In this document: positions 29,032-38,137 of the stretch, in pieces
Position numbering within the stretch: position 1 is the first letter of the stretch
Layout of the letters: every line of letters begins with the position of its first letter
Source: an uncultured Barnesiella sp.
GTDB taxonomy: Bacteria > Bacteroidota > Bacteroidia > Bacteroidales > Barnesiellaceae_A
Length of the DNA stretch: 64,000 nt
NCBI GenBank assembly: GCA_944321085.1
Contig: CALUJY010000008.1
Span: forward strand, 68,685 to 132,684
Direction of reading: 5' to 3'
Position numbers and translations under genes: made by a program
Notes under the pieces: generated by a model
What the model was told of the DNA's origin: nothing
The model's database searches: none
What the model saw: the letters and a program-made list of their open reading frames with translations, nothing else

Positions 29032-29907
29032 TTATTTGTGGCGTCGTATTTTTTCGTGATAAAAGTAGTTGACTATGACGGGTTTCCCTCTCTCTGAGCG
29101 GCCGTATGGCAAGTCGTTTATGCGGTATGGATAGCCATGCTGCAAGGCGTATTGTTGGATGTCTTGTTCTAATGCTTGCCAATAACCGGTACGTTTTCTG
29201 TCGTATATCTCTTCGTAAAGAGGGAGCAGCGCCGGATATGCCTTGCCGATGTATTCCATTATATTGTGTTTGAACCCTCCCCGCAAATTTAGATTTTCCA
29301 GCCATACCAGGTCGCAAAAATCTTTTACCTGTTCTATAATGGCCTTTACATCTGTGATACCCGGGAAAATGGGGGATATGAAGCAAACGGTTCTGATTCC
29401 GCTTTCATACACTTGTCGCATGGCTTCGATGCGGGATGCGATAGTTGAGGCTTTGTCCATGTCGGTGCGGAAATTCTCGTCAAGGGTATTGATAGACCAT
29501 GAAACGGTGGCTTTGGGAAATTTTTTTAACAGCTCGATGTCGCGCAATACCAAATCGGATTTTGTACATATCATTATTTCGGCGCTGCTCCCTTGAAGCT
29601 CTTCGAGAACTTTGCGCGTACGGCGGAAATATTTCTCGTATGGATTATATCCGTCGGTGACAGAGCCTATAACGACCCTTTTCCCATCGTACAGATGGGG
29701 ATTCTTTATGGGCTCCCAGCTCTTTATATCGAGAAATGAGCCCCAGGGCTCGGTGTGGCCGGTAAATCGTTTCATAAACGAAGCATAGCAGTACCGGCAG
29801 GCATGCGGGCATCCTACGTAAGGGTTGACAGAATAGCCTCCGACAGGGAGTGTCGACCGTGTCATGATGCTATTTACATTTATTTCTTTGATGATTTCTC
29901 TCTCCAT
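29032..29907 (-). CDS. radical SAM protein, SplB/COG1533-like (DNA-photolyase-type radical SAM)
   Basis: 291 aa. INVNSIMTRSTLPVGGYSVNPYVGCPHACRYCYASF (CxxxCxxC). Overall layout resembles spore-photoproduct-lyase-like proteins. Confidence 0.8.
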   Translation of the reverse strand: MEREIIKEINVNSIMTRSTLPVGGYSVNPYVGCPHACRYCYASFMKRFTGHTEPWGSFLDIKSWEPIKNPHLYDGKRVVIGSVTDGYNPYEKYFRRTRKVLEELQGSSAEIMICTKSDLVLRDIELLKKFPKATVSWSINTLDENFRTDMDKASTIASRIEAMRQVYESGIRTVCFISPIFPGITDVKAIIEQVKDFCDLVWLENLNLRGGFKHNIMEYIGKAYPALLPLYEEIYDRKRTGYWQALEQDIQQYALQHGYPYRINDLPYGRSERGKPVIVNYFYHEKIRRHK

Positions 29908-30617
29908 GTTTTTTGTATGAATTGTTCCGGAAATTCTTGAATCATTCTATCTTCGCCCATGACAGGCAATAAATCTTCCTTCATGAATACAGGTATCCGA
30001 TGGGCCTTGGCTTGCTCGGCGATATGCAGTACCCACTCGGGGCGGGCTTCGACTTTGCCTTTTCGTTTCCCGGTCTCGGTACCGATGACAACCCATTCTA
30101 TTTTCTCGAAGTCGATGTTGCCGATATCGTTGAAAAGAGGTTCAAACGTGACATGGTAGTGTTTGGCCTTGATATTTCTTCGCAAGTCGTCTAATCGTTT
30201 CTTTTCTCTATCGCAGGTGATGGTGACACCCATCCAGACATTGTTGTCATTGGTTTGAAATGAGATTTTTTCCGGCCGTTTCGTTAAAAGGATGTAGGCG
30301 TGTTGGGGATTGTCGGCGACCTGGTTGAATATCTCTTCCCGCCATGCATGCTTCCAGTCTGAGAAATCGCTCATACCCGTGAGGAAATATATATGAGGGT
30401 TGCGATTGCTCATAATGCGCAGTTTCCTCGCCATATATGCAGGGTCAGCGAAGTCGTCCGTCATGTGGAACCGACGACAGTTGTTTCTGGCATAGCAATA
30501 GCTGCATCCTATCGTGCAACCTATCACGATATTGAGGTTTTTTATCAGTGACTTTATACAGATACTCATAGAGATGTTTTGTTTGTTGCCGTATATTATT
30601 CCCGTGGCAAAATTCAA
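29880..30617 (-). CDS. DUF5131 / phage Gp37-Gp68-like protein carrying a canonical radical-SAM CxxxCxxC
   Basis: 245 aa. IGCTIGCSYCYARNNC, then IEWVVIGTETGKRKG...EWVLHIAEQAKAHRIPVFMKEDL, which parallels the Gp37/Gp68 motifs WVIVGGESG...PFFFKQ. The alternative start is ATG 30569. Its last 28 nt overlap the downstream radical SAM gene. Confidence 0.7.
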   Translation of the reverse strand: MNFATGIIYGNKQNISMSICIKSLIKNLNIVIGCTIGCSYCYARNNCRRFHMTDDFADPAYMARKLRIMSNRNPHIYFLTGMSDFSDWKHAWREEIFNQVADNPQHAYILLTKRPEKISFQTNDNNVWMGVTITCDREKKRLDDLRRNIKAKHYHVTFEPLFNDIGNIDFEKIEWVVIGTETGKRKGKVEARPEWVLHIAEQAKAHRIPVFMKEDLLPVMGEDRMIQEFPEQFIQKTWREKSSKK

Positions 30618-30681
30618 AAGAATAAATAAGAGCTGCTATGCCATAAATGCGGTGATATATGCCATTTTGATAAATGATATA

Positions 30682-30689
30682 TATCTTTG
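30682..30689 (+). promoter_or_regulatory. -7 box TATCTTTG for the AraC-family gene
   Basis: 14 nt upstream of ATG 30704, and inside the track ORF that starts at 30674, so that start is rejected. Confidence 0.45.
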
Positions 30690-30703
30690 TGATTGTAAAA
30701 ATC

Positions 30704-31609
30704 ATGGAAATGGATAGAATGAAGAATCTGGATGATATCATAAGTGTGCCGTTCAGCAAAACACGGTGCGGCGTGAATTTTTACATCAACACGGGTAGTA
30801 GCAGTGATGTATGCGGCGTTCTCACCGAGCATAAAAGATTCAAGACCGATTTTTTCAATTTCTATTTTATCCATAAGGCCAATGGCTTCCTGCTATTGAA
30901 TTTTCGTAAGATACCGTTACAGGATAACATAATCCTGTTGCTCTCACCGCATCAACAACAAGAGTGGCATGTAGACGAGTCGCAGATGCAATATAATTTC
31001 CTTATATTCAGGGAAGACTTTATGCGCACATTCCTTGCGGATAAATTTTTTGTATATCGGTTGCTTTATTGCTATCAGACCGATACGTTGCCTACACTGA
31101 TTGCATCGCAGGAAGAACAATCTGTTTATAACAGGCTGCTCGGCCTTATAAAACAGGAGTTGCAGCATCCATCGGCAGATAGTTACAATATAATTGTCTC
31201 TTTGCTTTACTATCTGTTGCTCCTTATGAATCGCAATTATGCCCGTTTCTATAACCTGCCGGTAGATATAGCGCGAAATAATTATGCGTTTCGGTTCAAA
31301 GAGTTGTTGGAGCGGCATGTCCGCGATGTACAAAGAGTAGAGGAGTATGCCCGCATGCTGGGAATAAGCCGTGTGACACTCAATGATGCCGTGAAGTCGC
31401 AATTTGGCGTATCGGCATCCCATCTGATGAAGCAACGCTTGTTGGAAGATTTGAAAAACGAGCTTCTTTTCTCAGACAATAACATATCTCAGCTTGCCGA
31501 CGACTTCCGTTTTTCAGATCCCAGCCACTTGATGCGTTTTTTCAAACAGCATACGGGAAAAACCCTTTTGCAGTATAAGCAGGATTATATGAATGGTATA
31601 TATGAATAA
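30704..31609 (+). CDS. AraC-family transcriptional regulator
   Basis: An N-terminal cupin-like sensor and a C-terminal double HTH (ARMLGISRVTLNDAVKSQFG...FSDPSHLMRFFKQHTGKT). Divergent from the radical-SAM pair. Confidence 0.85.
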   Translation: MEMDRMKNLDDIISVPFSKTRCGVNFYINTGSSSDVCGVLTEHKRFKTDFFNFYFIHKANGFLLLNFRKIPLQDNIILLLSPHQQQEWHVDESQMQYNFLIFREDFMRTFLADKFFVYRLLYCYQTDTLPTLIASQEEQSVYNRLLGLIKQELQHPSADSYNIIVSLLYYLLLLMNRNYARFYNLPVDIARNNYAFRFKELLERHVRDVQRVEEYARMLGISRVTLNDAVKSQFGVSASHLMKQRLLEDLKNELLFSDNNISQLADDFRFSDPSHLMRFFKQHTGKTLLQYKQDYMNGIYE

Positions 31610-31617
31610 TTATTTTG

Positions 31618-31625
31618 TACTTTTG
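31618..31625 (+). promoter_or_regulatory. -7 box TACTTTTG for menB-menC-menE
   Basis: 23 nt upstream of ATG 31649. Confidence 0.45.
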
Positions 31626-31648
31626 AGTTCTTATAAAATATATTTTCT

Positions 31649-32473
31649 ATGGCTACAAGAGAATGGAAAACGATAAAAGAGTACGAAGATATTCTTTTTC
31701 AGCAATATGGCGGTATTGCTAAGATTACGATAAATCGCCCCGAAGTGTATAATGCGTTCCGACCGCAAACCAATTTCGAGATGCTCGATGCCATGTCGAT
31801 ATGTCGCGAGCGCAGCGATATAGGAGTCATCGTTTTTACCGGGGCAGGCGACAAGGCTTTTTGTTCGGGTGGCGACCAGCGTGTCAAAGGGTTGGGCGGC
31901 TACATCGGCGACGACGGTGTGCCTCGTCTCAATGTCCTCGATTTGCATAAGGCCATCCGTTCTATTCCCAAACCGGTTATCGCCATGGTCAATGGGTATG
32001 CCATCGGCGGCGGTAATGTGTTGCAAGTGGTGTGCGACCTTACCATCGCGTCGGAGAATGCCCGTTTCGGCCAGACCGGTCCTAAGGTGGGCAGCTTCGA
32101 CGGCGGTTTCGGTTCGTCATATCTGGCTCGTATCGTAGGGCAAAAGAAGGCACGCGAGATATGGTTTTTGTGTCGGCAATACACGGCGCAAGAGGCCGAG
32201 CAGATGGGTATGGTCAATAAGGTTGTCCCCTTTGACCGCCTCGAAGATGAGACGGTAGAGTGGTGCGAAACCATCTTGAAACGAAGTCCTATGGCGATAA
32301 GGATGATAAAACGAGCATTGAATGCCGAGCTGGACGGGCAACGTGGCCTTATGGAGTTTGCCGGCGATGCCACGCTGATGTATTATCTTATGGAGGAGGC
32401 GCAAGAAGGGAAACAGGCATTCCTCGAAAAGCGCGACCCCGATTTCGATAAGTTTACCAAATTCCCCGGTTGA
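31649..32473 (+). CDS. menB: 1,4-dihydroxy-2-naphthoyl-CoA synthase
   Basis: 274 aa crotonase fold. [30 protein letters not shown], and a C-terminal FLEKRDPDF. Confidence 0.95.
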   Translation: MATREWKTIKEYEDILFQQYGGIAKITINRPEVYNAFRPQTNFEMLDAMSICRERSDIGVIVFTGAGDKAFCSGGDQRVKGLGGYIGDDGVPRLNVLDLHKAIRSIPKPVIAMVNGYAIGGGNVLQVVCDLTIASENARFGQTGPKVGSFDGGFGSSYLARIVGQKKAREIWFLCRQYTAQEAEQMGMVNKVVPFDRLEDETVEWCETILKRSPMAIRMIKRALNAELDGQRGLMEFAGDATLMYYLMEEAQEGKQAFLEKRDPDFDKFTKFPG

Positions 32474-32474
32474 T

Positions 32475-33533
32475 ATGTTGCAGGCGCGTTATGCTCCGTA
32501 TCGTTTATATTTCAAGGAGCCGAGCGGCACTTCGCGCGGCGTGCTTACGTATAAAGATACCTATTTCGTACAGGTATGGGACAGTGACGACTCCTCTCGT
32601 GTAGGATGGGGCGAATGTGCACTCTTCAAAGGTTTAGGGTCTGACGACGACCCCCGATACGAGGCCGTGCTTGCCCATGCCTGTGGCACGATAGGTGATT
32701 GTGAGCCGGATGAGTTCTTGTCGAGGTTGGGCGCATGGAGTTCGCTGCGTTTCGGTTTCGAGACAGCGTTGCAAAATTTGGCCGGGTGGCGCGATTATCC
32801 GTCGATGTTCGGCAGTGGCGGGCAGTCTATAACCATCAATGGGTTGGTATGGATGGGTGATTGTGAGACGATGTTGCGGCGGATGGAAGAGAAATTGCAA
32901 GCAGGTTTCAGGTGTATCAAACTCAAAATAGGTGCAATAGATTTCGATGCCGAGTTGCGACTGCTGGCGGCTGTGCGTGCTCGTTTCGACCGTTCGCAGG
33001 TAGAGTTGCGTGTCGATGCCAATGGCGCGTTCACACCGCAAAATGCCTTGTCTAAAATAGAAAAGTTGGCACGTTACGACCTGCATTCGATAGAGCAACC
33101 CTTGCCTGCCGGGTATCCTGCCGAGATGGCGCGCTTGTGTGCTGCTTCTCCTGTCGCCGTGGCGTTGGATGAGGAGCTGGTTGCGTATCGCGAGGTGACG
33201 TCCGACGGTGCCGACCGTTTGCTCGATGAGATACGTCCCCGATACATCGTACTGAAACCTTCCTTGGTAGGCGGTTTTGCCGGAGCATCGTGTTGGATGC
33301 GTGCCGCCCGGGAGCGCGGGATAGGGTGGTGGATTACATCGGCGCTTGAATCGAATGTGGGCTTAGAGGCGATAGCCCGTTATACCGCCTCGTTTCACCC
33401 CGTTATGCCGCAAGGGCTGGGAACGGGTGCCTTATATACCAATAATATACCCTCTCCGCTGCGCTTGGAGGGAGAGAAACTTGCCTACGACTCGCAGGGC
33501 GCATGGCATTATCCCGAGCTTGTATGGCGATAA
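32475..33533 (+). CDS. menC: o-succinylbenzoate synthase (enolase superfamily)
   Basis: 352 aa. Follows menB by 1 nt. Enolase-superfamily metal ligands in LRVDANGAF / IEQPL / ALDEEL context, and KLKIG. Confidence 0.85.
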   Translation: MLQARYAPYRLYFKEPSGTSRGVLTYKDTYFVQVWDSDDSSRVGWGECALFKGLGSDDDPRYEAVLAHACGTIGDCEPDEFLSRLGAWSSLRFGFETALQNLAGWRDYPSMFGSGGQSITINGLVWMGDCETMLRRMEEKLQAGFRCIKLKIGAIDFDAELRLLAAVRARFDRSQVELRVDANGAFTPQNALSKIEKLARYDLHSIEQPLPAGYPAEMARLCAASPVAVALDEELVAYREVTSDGADRLLDEIRPRYIVLKPSLVGGFAGASCWMRAARERGIGWWITSALESNVGLEAIARYTASFHPVMPQGLGTGALYTNNIPSPLRLEGEKLAYDSQGAWHYPELVWR

Positions 33534-34540
33534 GAATAAACGATTGCACGGTAACAGACCCTGCGCAGTTGCGTGGCAAACTCTCGGATGAGGTTGTCGA
33601 TTTCTTGGAGGAGTGGTTCTCGCCACTCGATTATGTTATGGGGCATACGTCGGGTTCTACCGGTACACCACAACCGTTGCGTCTTTATAAACGCGACATG
33701 ATGGCCTCGGCCGCTATCACCAACCGCTATATGGGTATTACGGCGCAGTCGTCGTTGTTACTCTGCCTTCCGGTACGCTATATTGCCGGTAAAATGATGG
33801 TAGTAAGGGCTTTGCATGCCGGAGCCATGCTTTATGCGGTACCACCGTCGTCGCACCCTTTGGCGGCGTGGCATCGTCGTGTCGATATGGCTGCCATGGT
33901 ACCCACGCAGGTCGAGGCCACGCTTCGCGATAGCGACGGTGCAGACCGCCTGTCGCTCGTATCGCAGCTGTTGGTGGGGGGCGCACCCCTCTCTTCGCAA
34001 CTCGTTGCACGGTTGGTGGCATTGCCTGTGCAGGTATATGTTACCTACGGTATGACCGAGACCGTCTCGCATGTGGCATTGCGACGTATCGGTGACGATT
34101 TTTATACTGCCGTAGGCGATGTGAGCTTTTCGCTCGATGACCGTGGCTGTTTGATTATCGATGCACCCCACTTAGGCGGCAAGAAATTCGTGACCAACGA
34201 TGTGGTGCAGCTTCTCGATACCCGCTGTTTCGTGTGGCAGGGACGTTACGATAACGTTATCATAAGCGGAGGGCTTAAATTCCATGCCGAAAACATGGAG
34301 CAAAAAATAGCTCCGTTTCTGCACGAACGATATTATATCGTGCCGGCTCCTGACCCTTTGTTGGGGCAGCGTATCGTGTTGGTTATCGAAGGCGAACCAT
34401 ACGATACTGAGCGTATGCAGGCTTTGCGACAGTCGCTCTCCACGGTGCTGTCGCATTACGAGATGCCGCGCGCCATCGGCTTTATACCTCGTTTTATCGA
34501 GACCTTCTCGGGAAAGGTAAAGCGGATGTTGCCTCGGTAA
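33524..34540 (+). CDS. menE: o-succinylbenzoate--CoA ligase (short AMP-binding enzyme)
   Basis: AMP-binding motifs HTSGSTGTPQP and YGMTET. ATG 33524 overlaps the menC stop (ATGGCGATAA). The track start is 33503. Confidence 0.8.
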   Translation: MAIRINDCTVTDPAQLRGKLSDEVVDFLEEWFSPLDYVMGHTSGSTGTPQPLRLYKRDMMASAAITNRYMGITAQSSLLLCLPVRYIAGKMMVVRALHAGAMLYAVPPSSHPLAAWHRRVDMAAMVPTQVEATLRDSDGADRLSLVSQLLVGGAPLSSQLVARLVALPVQVYVTYGMTETVSHVALRRIGDDFYTAVGDVSFSLDDRGCLIIDAPHLGGKKFVTNDVVQLLDTRCFVWQGRYDNVIISGGLKFHAENMEQKIAPFLHERYYIVPAPDPLLGQRIVLVIEGEPYDTERMQALRQSLSTVLSHYEMPRAIGFIPRFIETFSGKVKRMLPR

Positions 34541-34580
34541 TCTGTTTGCCGTGGAGAGCTGTCGGGGGTAGGGCGAGAAG

Positions 34581-37145
34581 TCAGCGCAGTTTGTTGTTCT
34601 CTACCGTATCGGCCGAGAGGTCGGCACAATCTATGTGGAAATCACTCCCCACTGTCCCGTTGAGGATAATCCTATAATATTTATAAGGTGGTGCGGCAAG
34701 GCGTATGGGTAGATGTCCGCCGGCGTTTCCGTTATAGACACCTTTATATATCGGTATGAAAGCCTCTTCGGGTTCGTGAGCTGCAACAATGGTTATCTCT
34801 ATCTCCGAGCAAGCGCCTTGCAGTCGCAACAAGACCTCGCGCAGTCGGGTGTATGTGTCGGACGTGATAGCGATAGGACGTGTTACGAGTGTAATCTCGT
34901 TCTCGGTATCGGTCTCTTGGTTGAGGTCGTAGACTGCGCCGTTATCATCTTGCGCCAATAGAGCGTTGTATCCGTTGATGATTCTTTGATACGAACAGGC
35001 TCTGCGATATAGATGCTTTGTAGCCAAGTGCAGCACCCATATATAGGGGAACGATTCGTTACAGAATATAAGTTCGCGTTTGTCATATAAGTATCCCGAA
35101 GAGATATTGCCGTCGAAAAAGAGCTCTAAGTTGCGTTGGTCGCTTCCTGCGGCGGGCATGTCGGGTACGAGCTGCGATAATTGGTTGTCGAAGAGCGTTT
35201 CGGGAAATTCGTTGAGCGACAGCAACTCTGCCGATTGTGAACCGCTTATCATAAAGAGCGATTTGCCCGCAAGATAAATGATGGCATTCTCTATGGTGGT
35301 GATGCAGTGGCTGTTGCTCACGCACTCTCTGTTGATAGGTGTGCAACGCGCATAGCACACCTCTCCATCGCCGTTTTGCATCGCCCATATACCTTCGTCG
35401 GTAAATACATAGAGAGGAAATTCTCCGTATTGTCCTTGCGACAGTGCGGCAGTGGTGGTGGCAATGCCTGTGATACACCCTCCCGATATGGAATAAGAGA
35501 GTTCGGCGGGAAAGAAGAAAGGATTGTCTACCTCTGAGACGCGCAGAAGGTTGCGATGACGGCGCACGATGTTGATAGATTCTGCCGGAAAATCCTCGGT
35601 TGCCTCGGCCGTTATGGCGCTTTTGTCCCAAGAAGTAAAATCTATATCGGCAAGCTCCTGTTGGATATACGAAGCACGGTTTTCGTTGCCGATAGCTTCT
35701 AATGGGAATGTGTGCCGGTATTCGTATCTGTTGAGCCTGATAGCAATTTCCATAGAGAGCGCGTTGCTGTCGGGATACGATAACAATGGCGATAAGGTTG
35801 ACGAGCAGTGCGGTATTTTGCCTCGCCATACAACGAAATTGTCTTCTCCGTCGGAGAATAACAGACGAGTTCTTATACAGGCTTCGGCAGTGACATCCGT
35901 GCCCGAAAGTGTGGTGTGGAACAGTGTTGCGGGATACCCCTCGTAATACGTGCGGGTAATATCGGCCAAATGCAACCGATTGTTATAGACAAACGACTGT
36001 TGCGCTCCCATGCGGTTGAAGTCGGCCGTATCTATCGTGAGCCTTTGTTGATAAATGACATAGTCGGGGCGAGTTTCAGGTTCTATCTCGCAAAGCGTGT
36101 TTGTAACGATATTTTGCAAATCATCGATACTGAATATTTTATAGAATAGCGACTCGTCGCGGGCTTGTTGTACGGCTTGCCCTATATCTACCATGGGCGC
36201 TTTGTAGGTGTATTGGTAGCGGTTTTGCGATACCTCGACATAATTGTTCGACTGAATAGGTTCGTCGCTCAGCAGCGGCACCTCGGCCGATGCGAAGAAA
36301 TCGATTCCCGTTACAATATCTTTCCAGTCGTCGAGGTCGATGCTTTCAACACGGTACCCTATGGTAGAGGAGTAGAGACCTACGGTGTATTTTGTCATAT
36401 AGGTCGTATTTTCATCTTCTATATAGTTGAAGAAAGCATATTTCTCATTCTGCAACTCTGCGACATTGCGACAACATAAGATAACGGGGGGCGACGGAAG
36501 TATGTGGCTGCCGTCGTAGAGGCGCAGAGCATAGCGCACGGCAACCGGCTGTACAAAACGGTAGTTGTCGTGTTCGGTATCGCGCAGCTTGAAGTAGGTG
36601 CCCGCTTCTCGTGCGGTGAAGCCTTCGCGTACGGTATCATCGAAATGTTCTACTTTCCCGGTAATGGTATAGTCGGGTACGTAGCTGCTTCTGAATTGGT
36701 ATGAAGCCTCGTGAAGCGTAATGACAGGCATGGGCGGCAGATTGCCGAGGTACACATAGCCCGTGGCGCGGTGCAGAAGGTAATAGATTTGCGATGGACA
36801 GATGACAATCAGTGTATTGCCCAGCGAATCGATGCGGGTGAATTCTTCATCGAGTGTCAATAACTTTTGGTTTATGACGGTACATCCCGTATCGTCGAGG
36901 TCGAACTCGTGGTAGAGCTCGGTACCTTTGTAGAAAATATAGTGATGTGCTTCGTGGCACACATGTACGTAGGCAAGCATGCGGTCGCTGTCGGCAGGCT
37001 CATATATCTTGAATGCCGTCCCCGAGGGGCGCAGGCTGCCGTTTAAGTTTCGCAAGTTCACCACTTTGCTGCAACTGCCTGCTTCGGCGAAACGAGCGGC
37101 GCTGTTGCATGCTGTCCCTAAAAATAACAAACGTTTCCTTGTCAT
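34581..37145 (-). CDS. 854-aa hypothetical protein, no family recognised
   Basis: A long uninterrupted ORF with normal local composition, convergent with menE and divergent from rpmB. The N-terminus MTRKRLLFLGTAC is at best a weak lipoprotein signal. No P-loop, CxxC, or other catalytic motif was seen. Confidence 0.6.
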   Translation of the reverse strand: MTRKRLLFLGTACNSAARFAEAGSCSKVVNLRNLNGSLRPSGTAFKIYEPADSDRMLAYVHVCHEAHHYIFYKGTELYHEFDLDDTGCTVINQKLLTLDEEFTRIDSLGNTLIVICPSQIYYLLHRATGYVYLGNLPPMPVITLHEASYQFRSSYVPDYTITGKVEHFDDTVREGFTAREAGTYFKLRDTEHDNYRFVQPVAVRYALRLYDGSHILPSPPVILCCRNVAELQNEKYAFFNYIEDENTTYMTKYTVGLYSSTIGYRVESIDLDDWKDIVTGIDFFASAEVPLLSDEPIQSNNYVEVSQNRYQYTYKAPMVDIGQAVQQARDESLFYKIFSIDDLQNIVTNTLCEIEPETRPDYVIYQQRLTIDTADFNRMGAQQSFVYNNRLHLADITRTYYEGYPATLFHTTLSGTDVTAEACIRTRLLFSDGEDNFVVWRGKIPHCSSTLSPLLSYPDSNALSMEIAIRLNRYEYRHTFPLEAIGNENRASYIQQELADIDFTSWDKSAITAEATEDFPAESINIVRRHRNLLRVSEVDNPFFFPAELSYSISGGCITGIATTTAALSQGQYGEFPLYVFTDEGIWAMQNGDGEVCYARCTPINRECVSNSHCITTIENAIIYLAGKSLFMISGSQSAELLSLNEFPETLFDNQLSQLVPDMPAAGSDQRNLELFFDGNISSGYLYDKRELIFCNESFPYIWVLHLATKHLYRRACSYQRIINGYNALLAQDDNGAVYDLNQETDTENEITLVTRPIAITSDTYTRLREVLLRLQGACSEIEITIVAAHEPEEAFIPIYKGVYNGNAGGHLPIRLAAPPYKYYRIILNGTVGSDFHIDCADLSADTVENNKLR

Positions 37146-37321
37146 GGTAGCATATCATATTTATATCGAGTCGCTAAGGTAGTGTGGTGTAGAGGCCGGC
37201 GTGTGCGATAAAGAGATGTTTGCATCCGTGTCGATAGTGCATTTCGCTTCCTTTGGAGGCGGTCGGAAAATATTTTTTCTTTTTTCTTTATCGCAAATTT
37301 GGATGGTAATGTAAAATGCCG

Positions 37322-37329
37322 TAAATTTG
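37322..37329 (+). promoter_or_regulatory. -7 box TAAATTTG for rpmB-rpmG-DUF4295
   Basis: 51 nt upstream of ATG 37381. Confidence 0.45.
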
Positions 37330-37380
37330 CACACTGTTTGTGAAAGCCGGAAAAGTATAATAAAATAAACTAAGATAGCG

Positions 37381-37635
37381 ATGTCAAAGATTTGTCAAAT
37401 TACAGGGAAGAAAGCTATGGTTGGCAACAATGTTTCGCACTCGAAACGTCGCACAAAACGCCGTTTCAATGTCAACCTCTTCAACAAAAAATTCTATTGG
37501 GTCGAGCAAGATTGCTGGATCACTCTTACCATCTCGGCTGCCGGTCTCCGCTTGATAAACAAAGTGGGGCTTGATGCTGCTATCAAGCAGGCTGTCGGGA
37601 AAGGATATTTAACCGATATAAAAGTGATAAACTGA
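37381..37635 (+). CDS. rpmB: 50S ribosomal protein L28
   Basis: [33 protein letters not shown]. Confidence 0.95.
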   Translation: MSKICQITGKKAMVGNNVSHSKRRTKRRFNVNLFNKKFYWVEQDCWITLTISAAGLRLINKVGLDAAIKQAVGKGYLTDIKVIN

Positions 37636-37636
37636 T

Positions 37637-37825
37637 ATGGCAAAGAAAGCTAAAGGTAATAGAGTGCAAGTTATACTCGAATGCACAGAGCATAAGGCAA
37701 GTGGTATGCCGGGCACTTCGCGTTATATTACTACCAAAAACCGCAAGAATACCACAGAACGTTTGGAGTTGAAAAAATACAACCCCATCCTGAAAAGAGT
37801 AACCGTTCATAAAGAAATAAAATAA
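37637..37825 (+). CDS. rpmG: 50S ribosomal protein L33
   Basis: [20 protein letters not shown]...[21 protein letters not shown]. Confidence 0.95.
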   Translation: MAKKAKGNRVQVILECTEHKASGMPGTSRYITTKNRKNTTERLELKKYNPILKRVTVHKEIK

Positions 37826-37843
37826 AAGGAAGGAGACTGACAC

Positions 37844-37993
37844 ATGGCAAAGAAAGTCGTTGCAACCCTGCAAAAAGGTGACAGCCGTGCTTTTGCGAAA
37901 GTAATCAAAGTGGTGAAATCGCCCAAAACCGGCGCTTACGTTTTCCAAGAGGAAATTATGCCCAAGGATAGTGTTGCCGATGCAGTAAAATAA
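37844..37993 (+). CDS. DUF4295-like 49-aa basic protein (not in ORF track)
   Basis: Hand translation gives MAKKVVATLQKGDSRAFAKVIKVVKSPKTGAYVFQEEIMPKDSVADAVK with stop at 37991-37993. Its position right after rpmB-rpmG and before a strong terminator is the conserved Bacteroidota arrangement. Confidence 0.7.
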   Translation: MAKKVVATLQKGDSRAFAKVIKVVKSPKTGAYVFQEEIMPKDSVADAVK

Positions 37994-38028
37994 TACTGCG
38001 TTTGGTATCCTTTCTATACACTACATAG

Positions 38029-38067
38029 AAACTTTCTTGCGCTTTGTTGTGCGGGAAAGTTTTTTTT
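38029..38067 (+). terminator. rho-independent terminator of the rpmB operon
   Basis: aaactttc...gaaagttt stem followed by a run of 8 T. Confidence 0.7.
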
Positions 38068-38082
38068 ATCGGTATATTTCAT

Positions 38083-38090
38083 TATTTTTG
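38083..38090 (+). promoter_or_regulatory. -7 box TATTTTTG for ftsY-rimO-menF-menD
   Basis: 47 nt upstream of ATG 38138. Confidence 0.45.
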
Positions 38091-38137
38091 TATGCCGAGA
38101 TGCTTATCAACCCCAATTTTTAATTACTCTGATTGTT

